The notes under the pieces were generated by a model. That model was not told where the DNA came from, ran no database searches, and saw only the letters and a program-made list of their open reading frames with translations. DNA of 64,000 nucleotides, from the NCBI GenBank assembly GCA_038212275.1, contig JBBQUR010000002.1, positions 1 through 64,000 on the forward strand. The letters run 5' to 3'. Made by a program: the position numbers and the translations under genes. Shown one piece after another: positions 21,041 through 31,468 of this stretch. Numbering within the stretch: the stretch's first letter is position 1; each line of letters opens with the position of its first letter. The DNA is from Planctomycetota bacterium. Lineage in GTDB: Bacteria; Planctomycetota; B15-G4.

Positions 21041-22339
21041 TCAGCGTGACTCGACATCGGCGTGCGGCCACACCAGCTTGTGCACCTCGCTACCGATCGC
21101 GAAGACCGTGTCTTCCTTTTCTCCCGGCACGACGCGGAGCTTGTTCACCGCGTTGCCCATCGCGTCGGGCAGCCAGGTCCTGCCGCCGTCGGCGGTGCGG
21201 AAGCCATGCGGCACCGCGCCGACCCAGCCGTGTTCGGCATCCACGAAGCCCACTCCGAATTCGCGCACGGCGGCTTCGTCCACGAGCGGCAGCTCCCTCC
21301 ACGTCACGCCACCGTCGGTGCTCTTGCCGACGAAGCGCGCGTTCGCGGCGGGGCTCGGATCGTAGGACTGGATCGTCACGTAGCCGGTGTCGCGCGTCGG
21401 GAAGGAGAGTTTCCAGGTCAACTCGAAGGCGCGCTTGCCGCGGTAGGCGACGGTCCACGTTTCGCCGGCGTCCTTCGTGTGCAGGACAAGCGCGTGGCTC
21501 TCCCCGGCATCGCGGCTGCTGGCCGCAGCGAGCACGCCGTCGCACAAATTGAAGAAGTGCACGTCGAGGATCATGCCGCAGACGTCGGAGAGGTCCTTCA
21601 CGCGCCACGAGACGCCGAGGTCGTCCGAGAAGGCGATGGCCGCCGGCCCGCCGACCCGCCCCGCCGCGATGAGGCGCACGCGCTCGCCGAGTTCGCCCGC
21701 ATTGATGAACTTGATGCGCTGCACCTGGAGCGCGCACACGCCGACGAGCGTGTCGCCGGCGAGCTGCGTCACCGGCGCCCACGTCGCGCCGCCGTCGACC
21801 GTGCGATACAGAGGCGTCGTGTCGGTGACGCCCGGAAAGTAGTCCGTGCCGATGTTGCCCGCGATGCCGACGTTTTCATCGACGAAGGCGAGGCAGCGCA
21901 CGAAGGTCCCAGGCTGCTCCCACAGCAGCGACCAGCTGCTGCCGCCGTCGCGCGTGCCGAAGATCTTCCCCGCGCCGTTGCCGTACCAGCCGCGCTCGGG
22001 CGACACGAAGAAGATGTCGTCCTGCTTGCCCTTGTACGCCTCGGTCGGGAGCTTCTCCCAGGCGGGCGCTTCGGCCGCGGCTTCCGCTTCCACCTGCAGC
22101 GCATCGAGCGCCGAACGCGCAGCCGACTCGGCCGACGCCCTGCCTTCAGGTGGAGTCGCAGGCGGCGTCGCATGTGGCGTCGCATGTGGCGTCGCATGTG
22201 GCGTCGCAGGCGGCGTCGCAGGCGGCGTCGCAGGCGGCGACGTCTCCGCAGACTGCGCCGTGCAGGTGCCGTCAGTGACGACGTGCGCGAGGGCCGAGAG
22301 GACGAGAGCGATCCGCAGGACGCGCAGGGCGTGTGTCAT
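21041..22339 (-). CDS. Secreted YCF48/BNR (Asp-box) repeat protein
   Basis: Signal peptide, Pro-rich linker and repeated T-x-DGG-x-T/S-W Asp boxes. Confidence 0.82.
   Translation of the reverse strand: MTHALRVLRIALVLSALAHVVTDGTCTAQSAETSPPATPPATPPATPHATPHATPHATPPATPPEGRASAESAARSALDALQVEAEAAAEAPAWEKLPTEAYKGKQDDIFFVSPERGWYGNGAGKIFGTRDGGSSWSLLWEQPGTFVRCLAFVDENVGIAGNIGTDYFPGVTDTTPLYRTVDGGATWAPVTQLAGDTLVGVCALQVQRIKFINAGELGERVRLIAAGRVGGPAAIAFSDDLGVSWRVKDLSDVCGMILDVHFFNLCDGVLAAASSRDAGESHALVLHTKDAGETWTVAYRGKRAFELTWKLSFPTRDTGYVTIQSYDPSPAANARFVGKSTDGGVTWRELPLVDEAAVREFGVGFVDAEHGWVGAVPHGFRTADGGRTWLPDAMGNAVNKLRVVPGEKEDTVFAIGSEVHKLVWPHADVESR
22155..22238. repeat. 12-bp in-frame tandem repeat x7 (PPAT/PHAT linker)
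   Basis: GTCGCA(GGC/TGT)GGC units. Confidence 0.9.
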
Positions 22340-22566
22340 GGCAACCAGCGTACCGCCGGCCAGCCGGCGCGTGCAGTGACCTGCGTCGTGCGTTGCGTGG
22401 CGCCTTGCGTCGTGGCCATCGCGGGTCACCGCCTGCCGCAGCGCAGCGAGCGGCACGCCACGCTTGCAGCCGGCTGCCCGCATCGCCTACGTTTCACGGC
22501 GCGCCGCAGCTTTTGGCGACCGATGGCGGCGCGGCGGCGCGCGAGCTTCACGTCCGAGAGTCAACG

Positions 22567-23799
22567 ATGCGCATCGCCCTCATTCACCTGCGACATGCCG
22601 AAGTGGGCGGCACCGAACGCTTCATGAACCGCATGGCGGCGCACCTCGCGGAGCTCGGGCATGACGTGAGCATCGTGTGCCGGCGGCACGGCGCGGCGCC
22701 GCACCCGCGCGTGCGCTTCGTCGTGCTGCATGGGCTGGCGATCGGCGGCGCGTGGCGCGCGTGGCGTTTCGCGCAGGACGTGGAGGCGCATGTGCGCGAG
22801 GCGCACGACGACCTCACGTTCGCGCTCGGCAAGACCTGGACGCACGACGTCATCCGCAGCGGCGGCGGCTGTCACCAGACCTATCTCGACAACGCGGACC
22901 GCCACGCGCGCGGCGCGTGGGAACGCGCCGCAGGCTGGGGCGCGCTCAAGAACCGCGTGGCGCTGGACATCGAGGCGCGGGCCTACGCGCCGGGCGCAGC
23001 GCGCCGTGTCATCGTCAACTCCGACATGGTGCGCCGCGATCTCATGGCGCGCCACGGCGTGCCCGAGTCGCTCATCGAACTCATCTACAACGGCGTGGAT
23101 CTGGAGCGCTTTCATCCGCGGCATCGCGCGGAGTCCGGCGCGGCGTGGCGGTTGCGCAACGGCTACGGCAGCAGAGAGACCGTCGTGCTGTTCCTCGGCA
23201 GCGGCTTCGGACGCAAGGGGCTTGCGCCGCTGCTTGCTGCCTTCGCGCGCGTCGCCGCGCGGCGGCCGGAGCTGCGCCTCGCGGTCGTCGGCCGCGACGG
23301 CGCGCAGGCGCGCTACGAGTCGCTGGCGGCGGGGCTGTCTCTCGGGGACCGCGTGCGTTTTCTCGGCGAGTCGCGCGCCCCCGAGGAGTGCTATGCCGGC
23401 GCGGACCTCTACGCGCTGCCGACGCGCTACGACCCCTTTGCGCACACGGTGCTCGAAGCGCTGGCCAGCGGCCTGCCCGTGCTGACGACGGACGGCACCG
23501 GCGCGTCGGAACTGCTCGGCCCGGAGCACGGCGAGGTGCTGCCGGCGCCGGGCGTGCCGAGCACCACCGACGCGACGGCGCGGCGAGCGCCTGGCGATGC
23601 GCGGGACGCAGGCGCCACGAGCGGCGACGAAGCCTCCGTCGAAGCCTTTGCCGCGGCGCTGGAGCGCTGGACCGACCGCGACCGCCTCGCCGCCGCCGCG
23701 CCGGCCGTGCGCGGGCTGGCCGAGCAATACCCGTTCGAGAAGACCTTGTCGCTCACGACGAAGGTGCTCATGAACGCGGCAGCGGAGGTTGCGCGGTGA
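22567..23799 (+). CDS. Glycosyltransferase family 4 (WaaG-like)
   Basis: MRIALI...GGTER, IYNGVDLERF, RKGL and YDPFAHTVLEALASGLPV. Confidence 0.9.
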   Translation: MRIALIHLRHAEVGGTERFMNRMAAHLAELGHDVSIVCRRHGAAPHPRVRFVVLHGLAIGGAWRAWRFAQDVEAHVREAHDDLTFALGKTWTHDVIRSGGGCHQTYLDNADRHARGAWERAAGWGALKNRVALDIEARAYAPGAARRVIVNSDMVRRDLMARHGVPESLIELIYNGVDLERFHPRHRAESGAAWRLRNGYGSRETVVLFLGSGFGRKGLAPLLAAFARVAARRPELRLAVVGRDGAQARYESLAAGLSLGDRVRFLGESRAPEECYAGADLYALPTRYDPFAHTVLEALASGLPVLTTDGTGASELLGPEHGEVLPAPGVPSTTDATARRAPGDARDAGATSGDEASVEAFAAALERWTDRDRLAAAAPAVRGLAEQYPFEKTLSLTTKVLMNAAAEVAR

Positions 23800-24393
23800 T
23801 GTCACGGCACTCACGGACCGAAACGGCACGACGCAGGTTTCCCGCTCCCGCCCTCGCGCTGGCTCCCGCTCTCGCCTGCATGCTGGCTGCGATGCTCGGG
23901 TGCGACCAGGATGAACCGGCCTCTCGCGCGCCGGCGCCTGCGGCCGATGCATTGCCTTACGAAGCGACGGCATGCGTCGCCATGTCGCCAACGCTGCTGG
24001 CGATCAATGGCGACCTCCCGAACTCGCACCTGGGACTCCAGGTGTCGTGCGGCGACTGGGACGGCGACGGACTCGACGACGTCCTCGTGGCCGGCGGCGC
24101 CCAACCCGCCAGCAAGGACACGGCAGTCTGGCGGTCACGACATCGACGGCGACCAGCGCGACGAGGTCCTCGTGGGTGCGCCGCTGCGCAGCAATCCGAG
24201 CGTCAGCGGCGACCCGTGCGGCTGCCATCCCACGGGCGGCGGCTTCAGCGGCTGCGCTTACATCGTGTCGATCACGGGTGAGGCGCGGCCGCTCACGCCG
24301 CAAGCGCGAGCGAGGAGACACGGACCGTCTCGATGCCGTCTGCGGTACTCCCCGCAACTCGAAGGACCGTGCAAAGGGCTCCGAGGAAGGTGA
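23799..24393 (+). pseudogene. Frameshifted FG-GAP lipoprotein relic
   Basis: Lipobox-like MLGC, then GDWDGDGLDDVLV in one frame and HDIDGDQRDEVLVGAP in another after ~24130. Confidence 0.55.
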
Positions 24394-24597
24394 GCTGGAC
24401 GTGTTCCCGGGAGAATCCATCCGCCGGCCGTGAGCCTGTGCCTGCAAGCGACCTGCAGTCCGCGCGATGCGGCCGACTCTCGAGTGCATGCGACGGGTTC
24501 AGACGAACTCTTCTTCAGAAGTCGGAGAAGATCTGCTGCCGGGTTAGTCTCCAGGCTTCGCATCGTCCACACGCAAGCACCTGCCGGAGATTCTTCC

Positions 24598-25593
24598 ATG
24601 TTGATCAGCATCCGTCGTCGCATCGAGTGCGCCGCTTTTCTCCAACCCGGCGCATCGGGACGTCGCATGCTCTGCGCCCTCGTGGCGCTTTCACTTCTCG
24701 GCGCTCCCGCGGCTTCCGCGCAGAACACTTATTGCGAGCAGGGCAGCCTCATGGTCGCGCAGGTCGAGAGCGCGGGGCCCGCCGCCGGCTGGGCGGTCGA
24801 GACCTCGCTGCCGGGCTTCACCGGGGCGTCCTATCTCCGCTGGGTCGGCGGCAATCAGTTCGCCAACCCGGGCCAGGGCATCCTCACGTACACGCTGAAA
24901 GTGACCACGCCCGGCACGTATCAGATGCGCCTGCGCAACCTTCACAACAACCCGGATCCCACGGTCGAGAACGACTGCTGGGCGCGCATGGACGGCGGCA
25001 GCTGGATCAAGATCTACTCGCCGAACACCTCGCCGGACTGGAACTGGGGCAGCTTCTTCGACCCGGGCAACGTGCTGACCGCCTACGTGCTGTCGGCGGG
25101 CACGCACACGTTCCAGATCAGCGGCCGGTCGGACAACTTCCGCATCGACCGCGTGCACTTCTTCATCGACGGCACGCCGTTCCCGCAGAACCTCTCGTAC
25201 CCCGAGAGCCTCTGCCCGCAGACCTGGACGAATCTCGGACAGGGTAAATCCGGCACCGGTGGCCTGACGCCCACGCTGGGCGGCGCGGGCACGCTCATCG
25301 CGGGTTCGGCCACAACGCTCACGCTGGCACAGGCCCGCGCCAACACGCTGGCCAGCCTGGTGATCGGCCTCGGCCTGGCCAACGTGCCCTTCAAGGGCGG
25401 CGTCATGGTGCCGCAGGTCAGCTTCCTGATCAGCGGACTGCCCACCAGCCCGACCGGCGGCCTCGCGCTGATGTCGACTTGGCCGGCCGGCGTGCCGGCC
25501 AACTTCAGCGTCTACTTCCAGTACTGGGTCACCGACCCCGTCGCGACACAGGGCCTGGCCGCCAGCAACGGGCTGAAGGGCACGACGCCGTAA
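24598..25593 (+). CDS. Secreted protein: CBM-like jelly-roll domain plus shared C-terminal domain
   Basis: GGAG RBS, signal peptide ending ASA-Q, GFTGASYLRW...LSAGTHTFQISGR, and C-terminal WTNLGQG...PFKGG...SNGLKGTTP. Confidence 0.8.
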   Translation: MLISIRRRIECAAFLQPGASGRRMLCALVALSLLGAPAASAQNTYCEQGSLMVAQVESAGPAAGWAVETSLPGFTGASYLRWVGGNQFANPGQGILTYTLKVTTPGTYQMRLRNLHNNPDPTVENDCWARMDGGSWIKIYSPNTSPDWNWGSFFDPGNVLTAYVLSAGTHTFQISGRSDNFRIDRVHFFIDGTPFPQNLSYPESLCPQTWTNLGQGKSGTGGLTPTLGGAGTLIAGSATTLTLAQARANTLASLVIGLGLANVPFKGGVMVPQVSFLISGLPTSPTGGLALMSTWPAGVPANFSVYFQYWVTDPVATQGLAASNGLKGTTP

Positions 25594-25657
25594 GCGGCGC
25601 GGCGACGTACACGGCACAGCCGCTTCCCGCGGCCGCATGACCTCACCGCGCGGCACA

Positions 25658-26106
25658 TCATGGCGTCGTGGCACGCAGGCCGGTTGCCGCGGCGAAGCCC
25701 GCGGGCCCCGCAGCGTCCTGCACCCACCACTGGAAGCAGGTGCTGAAACCGGAGGGCAGGCCGGCCGGCCAGGTCGCCGGAATGTCCAGCGCGCCGAGCG
25801 GGCCGGTCGGCAGCGACACGATGAAATCCGGCTTGGGGACCATCACGCCGCCTTTGAACGGCGCGTTCAGCGCGGTCAGGCCGATCAACAGCCACGCGGT
25901 GCTGCTGCTGCGCGCGTCGTCCAGCGAGAGCACGATCGGCTGGCCGCCAAGCAGCGGGCCCGAGCCGTCGATGACGGGCACGCCCTTGGTGCCGACGGTG
26001 TCGCGAAGGTGAGCCGCACTCTGCCATTGCCCAGCGTCGTGGCCGCGATCAGCGAGTGCTGCAGCTTGATGTCGTTGCCCAGCTCCTGCGCGAGGCATTC
26101 CGGCAC
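25658..26106 (-). pseudogene. Orphan copy of the shared C-terminal domain, preceded by an out-of-frame enzyme fragment
   Basis: APFKGGVMVP...WPAGLPSG...FQWWVQD...GLRATTP with no signal peptide. Another frame upstream reads QVPECLAQELGNDIKLQHSLIA...GRVRLTF. Confidence 0.6.
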
Positions 26107-26207
26107 CTGGCTGTCAGCAGGTTGTGATTCTCACCACGCTTTGCACTTGGAGAGGCGAGGGATTCTCCTTGCGCCATGCACTCCGCGTCAGCCGCCCGCG
26201 ATCGCGT

Positions 26208-27980
26208 TCACCGCGCCCCGACGGAGAGCCGCTCCTCGAGCGCGTGATACTGCTTCCACATCTCGGCGGGCATCGCTGCGCCGAACTTCTCGAGGAACTC
26301 CTTCTGGCCGGCGAGCTCGGCCTGCCAGGCCTCGGGGTCCACGTCGAGCAGTTCGCTGAGCGCGGCCGGGCTGATGTCGAGGCCGCTCATGTCCAGCGAG
26401 CCGGGCGCCGGCACGTTGCCGATGGGCGTCTTGACGGAGTTCTTCGCGCCGCCGACGCGATCGAGCACCCAGCGCAGCACGCGCATGTTGTCGCCGAAGC
26501 CGGGCCACAGGAACTTGCCGTCCTTGTCGGTGCGGAACCAGTTCACGTGGAAGATCTTCGGGGCCTTCTCGCTCTTCGCGCCGACCTTCAACCAGTGCCC
26601 GAAGTAATCGGCCATGTTGTAGCCGCAGAACGGGAGCATGGCCATCGGGTCACGACGCACGACGCCGACGGCGCCGGTCGCGGCGGCGGTGGTCTCGGAC
26701 GCGACCATCGCGCCGACGTAGGTGCCGTGCTTCCAATCGAAAGCCTCGAACACGAGCGGCGCGGTGCGTGCACGGCGGCCGCCGAAGACGATGGCCGAGA
26801 TGGGCACGCCGGTCGGATCGTCGAACTTGGGCGAGATGCTCGGGCACTGCGCCGCTGGCGCGGTGAAGCGGCTGTTCGGGTGCGCCGCCGCGGTCTTGCT
26901 GGCCGGCGTCCACGGCGCGCCCTTCCAATCCGTCGCGTTCGCGGGGGGCGCGGACAGTCCCTCCCACCACGGCTGTTTGTCCGCGGTCACCGCGGTGTTC
27001 GTGAAGATGCTGTTCTTCCGCAGCGACGCGAGCGCGTTGGGATTGGTCTTCTCGCTCGTGCCCGGCGCGACGCCGAAGAAACCGCTCTCGGGATTGATCG
27101 CGTAGAGCTGCCCGTCCGGCCCGTAGCGCATCCAGCAGATGTCGTCGCCGACGGTCCAGATCTTCCAGCCCTTCTGCGCTGCCGGCGGCACCAGCATCGC
27201 GAGGTTGGTCTTGCCGCACGCCGACGGGAACGCCGCCGCGATGTACTTCGTTTCGCCCTGCGGGTTCTCGATGCCGAGGATCAGCATGTGCTCCGCGAGC
27301 CAGCCCTCGTCGCGCGCCTGCACCGAGGCGATGCGAAGCGCATGGCACTTCTTGCCCAGCAGCGCGTTGCCGCCGTAGCCGCTGCCGTAGCTCCAGATCT
27401 CGCGCGTCTCGGGGAAGTGGCAGATCTGCCGCTTCTCCGGATTGAGCTCGCCCGTGCTGTGCAGGCCCCTCACGAAGTCCGTGCTGTCGCCGAGCTTGTC
27501 CAGCGCCTGCCGGCCCATGCGGGTCATGATGCGCATGTTCACCGTCACGTACGGGCTGTCCGTGATCTCGATGCCCACCTTGCTGTAGGGCGACTTCACC
27601 GGGCCCATGCAGTAGGGGATCACGTACATCGTGCGGCCCTTCATGCAGCCGTCGAACCAGCCCTTCAGCTCCGACTTCGCCTGAGCGGGGTCCTTCCAGT
27701 TGTTGTTCGGACCCGCGTCCTCCTTCTTCTCGCTGCAGATGAAGGTGAGGTGCTCGACGCGTGCGACGTCACCGGAGTCGCTGCGGTGGTAGTAGCAGCC
27801 TGGCCACTTGCCCTGGTCGAGCTCGCTCATGAGCCCGCTGCCGCACATCTCCTTGATGAGCCGGTCGTACTCGGCCTGGCTGCCATCGCACCAGTGCACG
27901 CGGTCGGGCTTGCACAGCTTCGTGCAGCTCTCCACGTATTCGAGCAGGGCCTTGTTCGTCGTCGGTGCGGTGGTGGTCAT
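26208..27980 (-). CDS. pckG: Phosphoenolpyruvate carboxykinase (GTP)
   Basis: [38 protein letters not shown] and [11 protein letters not shown]. Confidence 0.97.
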   Translation of the reverse strand: MTTTAPTTNKALLEYVESCTKLCKPDRVHWCDGSQAEYDRLIKEMCGSGLMSELDQGKWPGCYYHRSDSGDVARVEHLTFICSEKKEDAGPNNNWKDPAQAKSELKGWFDGCMKGRTMYVIPYCMGPVKSPYSKVGIEITDSPYVTVNMRIMTRMGRQALDKLGDSTDFVRGLHSTGELNPEKRQICHFPETREIWSYGSGYGGNALLGKKCHALRIASVQARDEGWLAEHMLILGIENPQGETKYIAAAFPSACGKTNLAMLVPPAAQKGWKIWTVGDDICWMRYGPDGQLYAINPESGFFGVAPGTSEKTNPNALASLRKNSIFTNTAVTADKQPWWEGLSAPPANATDWKGAPWTPASKTAAAHPNSRFTAPAAQCPSISPKFDDPTGVPISAIVFGGRRARTAPLVFEAFDWKHGTYVGAMVASETTAAATGAVGVVRRDPMAMLPFCGYNMADYFGHWLKVGAKSEKAPKIFHVNWFRTDKDGKFLWPGFGDNMRVLRWVLDRVGGAKNSVKTPIGNVPAPGSLDMSGLDISPAALSELLDVDPEAWQAELAGQKEFLEKFGAAMPAEMWKQYHALEERLSVGAR

Positions 27981-28139
27981 GGGAGCAGGCGTATCCAGCG
28001 GGTGAAATGTGAGCCGGGCAGCCTGTGCCGTGCTGCCCGCGGCCCCCTTCTCGCCGGCACGCGGCATGCGAAAAGGGGCGAGGAGTGTAGATCACGATGC
28101 GGCAGGCCGAAAAGCCCCCGGGTGAGGGAGCGCGCGTCG

Positions 28140-30791
28140 TCAGGGAAGCGTGGCCTGAAGTCCGTTGGTGGCGGACGCGCCGCTCGTGGCGCCCGGATCG
28201 GCGATCCACTCCTGAAAAGTGAGCGTGAGGCCGGCAGGCAGACCCGTGGGCCAGGCCGCGAATCCCAGCGGCAGGCTGCCATCGGCCAGCGTGCCGAGCT
28301 GCAGCGAAAAGAAGAACGGGAAGGGCACCAGCGTGCCGCCCTTGAGCGGCACGCTCCCGGCGGCATTGCCCACAAAAAGAATCATGAGCGCATTCGGTCG
28401 CGCATTGCTGAGCGTGAACGCGCCCGGGCTGCCGCCCACCAGGCTGCCGGTGCCGACGAGCAGCGGCAGCTTGCCGCCGGTGCCGGCCTTGCCCTGGCCG
28501 AGGTCCGTCCACGGCGGCAGGCTGACGCGCGCGACGAAGGCGTCGCCGCCGCCGTTGCTGGTCGCATCGAAGGCCCCTGACGTCACCGGCAGGTTGGTGG
28601 ACGAGGTCTCGCCGGCGAGAAGTCCCGCGCCGTGCACATCGAGCGCGAGCGCTTCGGCGCGATCGTCGCCGCTGCCGCCGAAGGTGCCGCTGCTGCGCAA
28701 CGTGGCGCCGTCCGCGGAGAAACGGGCGAGGAAGGCATCGCTGCCGCCCGCATTGCCGGCGCCCACCGAGCCGGACGTCACGGGGAAATTCTCCGAGGTC
28801 GTCTCGCCGGCCAGCGTCGGCTGGCCCGCGGCGTCGAGCGCCAGCGCGTTGGCCGCGTCGTCGCCGCTGCCGCCGAGCAGGCTGGCCCACGTCAGCGCGC
28901 TGCCATCGGCCGACAGGCGCGCGATGAAGGCGTCGTTCGGTCCACCGCCGAAGAGCGTCTGCGCCGCGCCGACGCTGGCCGGAAAGTCGATGCTCGCCGT
29001 GACGCCCGCGACGCAGACGCCGCCGTCCGCGGCGAGCGCGACGCTGCGAGCCTCGTCGCTCTCCGCGCCGCCGAGATACGTGCTCCAGGTCAGCGCGCTG
29101 CCGGTCGGCGAGAGGCGCGTCACGAAGGCGTCCAGCTTGTTGGCGGTCGAGCCGTTGAAGCTGGTGTCGAAGGCGCCTGCCGTCGTCGGGAAGTTGTTGC
29201 TGCCGGTGAGGCCGGTGACCGTGGCCGCGCCGGCGGCATCCACGGCGATCGCCAGTGCCTCGTCGCGCAGCACACCGCCGAGCAACGTGCTCCAGATCGG
29301 CGGGCCACCGCCGAGCGGGAGCTTGGTCACGAAGACATCGGTCGTGAAGAAGATCGAGTTGAAGCTCGTGTCGGCGGCGCCGGCGGTCGTCGGAAAGGGC
29401 GGCGTGCCGTCGGAAGCCGTGCGGCCCGCGACGAACACGCCGTTGCTGCCGAGCGCGAGGCACGTCGCCACATCGTCCTTGCCGCCGCCGAGGAAGGTGG
29501 ACAGCGCCAGCGTGCCGTCGGCGTTCAGCTTCGCCACGAAGGCGTCGCTGCCGCCCGCGAGCACCGGCTGCCACGCGCCGGGCGTCACGGGAAAATCAGG
29601 CGAATTGGCCGCGCCCGCGATCCACGCCGCACCGCCGGCGTCCACCGCCAGCGCGCGCGCGGATTCCTCGACGAAGATCACGCTGTCCGCGCCGCCCAGA
29701 TAAGTGGCCCACGACAGCGCGCCGGTCGAGAGATCCATGCGCGCCACGAAGGCGTCGCCGTAGCCGGCCAGCGCCTGCTGCGAGGAGCCCGGCGTGTTCG
29801 GAAAATTGCCCGATGTCGTGTAGCCGGCGAGATACACGGAGTTGCCCGCGCCGCGCGCGATCGCATTCACATGATCCCAGTTGCTGCCGCCGAGATAGCT
29901 GGAGTAGGTGAGTCCGGGGTCGAGCACCAGCGCGCGCTCCGGATGCCGGCCCGGCGCCTCGAAGCCGAAGCGCTGTCCGCCGAGCAGCACGAAGCGCGCG
30001 TCGAGCGGCTCCCGCGTGCCGTCCGGCAGCACCTGCCATGTGGCCGGGATGTCCTGCGCCAGCGTGCCGACATCCGTGCGCGCCAGCAGCGCACCGTCGG
30101 CGCCGAGCGACAGGTCGAGTGCTCCGTCCAGCTCCATGACGACGTCGGAGAGCCGCGCGCCGGGCGCGAGCATCAGGTCGTACTCGAGCCGGCCGCCCGC
30201 ATCGCGCAGCACGACATCGACGCCGGGCTGCAGCTGCTCCCAGCGCACGGCGTCGTACGCGGGGATGTCCGTCAGCCACGCCTCGGGGGACGCACCGTGA
30301 TAGAGGTGCACGCGGCTGCCCGGCGCGCCCTCGCCCGCCAGCGTGGCCTCCGACGAGGCGCCCACGAAGCGCAGCACGAGGCTCGCGCTGCGCGGCGCGT
30401 CATGCGCCGCACCCTGCGGCAGGACGGGGGCGCCCAGCAGCTGCAGTGTCACGCCGTCGGCCGCGACCTCGGCCCGGACGCCGCCGCTGCGGGCCGCGAA
30501 GACGACACCGTCGGGAAACTGCCCGCGGTTCTCGACGAACTGCAGCGGCAGCGCGTGTTGCGGCGACGCCGCGGCTGGTGCTGCCGGCGCGAGGGATGGC
30601 GACGGCGCGATGTCCGCTGCGTCGAGTCGCGGCGGCGCCTGGCAGCCTGCAACGCACGTCGACAACGCGGTGACAAGGCACAGGCTCGCACGAGCCCGGG
30701 GAGAAGGCTGCGGCATCGGGGTTGCGCCGGATGGGGAGAGAAGCGTCGGGCCGCACGCGCTCGGGGAAGACGGAGCGGCCCCCGCATTCAT
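28140..30791 (-). CDS. SBBP beta-propeller repeat protein (probable lipoprotein) plus shared C-terminal domain
   Basis: FVENRGQ N-terminal domain, repeated STYLGG...D....ALA.D...G.T.S.NFP.T.GA...DAFV, lipobox-like VAGC, and C-terminal WTDLGQG...TNGLQATLP. Start uncertain (30791 or 30716). Confidence 0.85.
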   Translation of the reverse strand: MNAGAAPSSPSACGPTLLSPSGATPMPQPSPRARASLCLVTALSTCVAGCQAPPRLDAADIAPSPSLAPAAPAAASPQHALPLQFVENRGQFPDGVVFAARSGGVRAEVAADGVTLQLLGAPVLPQGAAHDAPRSASLVLRFVGASSEATLAGEGAPGSRVHLYHGASPEAWLTDIPAYDAVRWEQLQPGVDVVLRDAGGRLEYDLMLAPGARLSDVVMELDGALDLSLGADGALLARTDVGTLAQDIPATWQVLPDGTREPLDARFVLLGGQRFGFEAPGRHPERALVLDPGLTYSSYLGGSNWDHVNAIARGAGNSVYLAGYTTSGNFPNTPGSSQQALAGYGDAFVARMDLSTGALSWATYLGGADSVIFVEESARALAVDAGGAAWIAGAANSPDFPVTPGAWQPVLAGGSDAFVAKLNADGTLALSTFLGGGKDDVATCLALGSNGVFVAGRTASDGTPPFPTTAGAADTSFNSIFFTTDVFVTKLPLGGGPPIWSTLLGGVLRDEALAIAVDAAGAATVTGLTGSNNFPTTAGAFDTSFNGSTANKLDAFVTRLSPTGSALTWSTYLGGAESDEARSVALAADGGVCVAGVTASIDFPASVGAAQTLFGGGPNDAFIARLSADGSALTWASLLGGSGDDAANALALDAAGQPTLAGETTSENFPVTSGSVGAGNAGGSDAFLARFSADGATLRSSGTFGGSGDDRAEALALDVHGAGLLAGETSSTNLPVTSGAFDATSNGGGDAFVARVSLPPWTDLGQGKAGTGGKLPLLVGTGSLVGGSPGAFTLSNARPNALMILFVGNAAGSVPLKGGTLVPFPFFFSLQLGTLADGSLPLGFAAWPTGLPAGLTLTFQEWIADPGATSGASATNGLQATLP

Positions 30792-30850
30792 CGGCCGAAG
30801 GATACCCGACCCCGCAGCGGCCGGGTGGCCGCGCGGCCGCGCGACCGCGG

Positions 30851-31375
30851 TCAGTAGAGGCCGGCAGCCCAGGCGAAGCCGTCGTCGTCGAAGCGCACCC
30901 AGTAGCGGTCGCCTTGGTCGATGCCCGGCGGCTCCCACAGCAGCGTGGCCCCGCCGGGCGGGCCCTGCTCGCGGTGCCGCGTCGGGTGCGAAAGGAAGCA
31001 CCACACCACTTCCTGCTGGGTCATGCCCGTGACCACCTGATGCAGGAGGATGCGCTGGCTGTGCCCCTCGGGCAGCGCGATGGTGCCCAGCTTGTCCTGC
31101 GCCCCGGACAGGGCGAGGTCGAGCGTGCGCACGACGGACTGCGTGGCCATCGCGTCCACGGCCGACTGCGGGATCTCCAGCAGCAGCTGGCCCTTCTCGA
31201 GGTTCGGCGGCGGGTCGATCGGCGAGAGCTGCGGCTCGACGACCCAGCATCCGCCGGCGAGCAGCGCGAGGCCGACGAGCAGCGCTCCCGCGCGCAAACC
31301 GCCGGTGAGCCGAGCCGCGGTCGAGCGCCGACGCACGCCTGATGCGTGGTCCGGGTTGGAGAGCGTGGTCGTCAC
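30851..31375 (-). CDS. Putative lipoprotein with SmpA/BamE-like GMT motif
   Basis: Hydrophobic stretch plus LAGGC; VVTGMTQQEV. Start uncertain. Confidence 0.55.
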   Translation of the reverse strand: MTTTLSNPDHASGVRRRSTAARLTGGLRAGALLVGLALLAGGCWVVEPQLSPIDPPPNLEKGQLLLEIPQSAVDAMATQSVVRTLDLALSGAQDKLGTIALPEGHSQRILLHQVVTGMTQQEVVWCFLSHPTRHREQGPPGGATLLWEPPGIDQGDRYWVRFDDDGFAWAAGLY

Positions 31376-31468
31376 GCCGCGCAGCATAGAATCGCGCCGT
31401 GCCTGCTCCAAGGCGAGCTTTGCTCCGCCGCTTCACCCTTCACGCTTCCGACGGGACCGCCCGACCGC

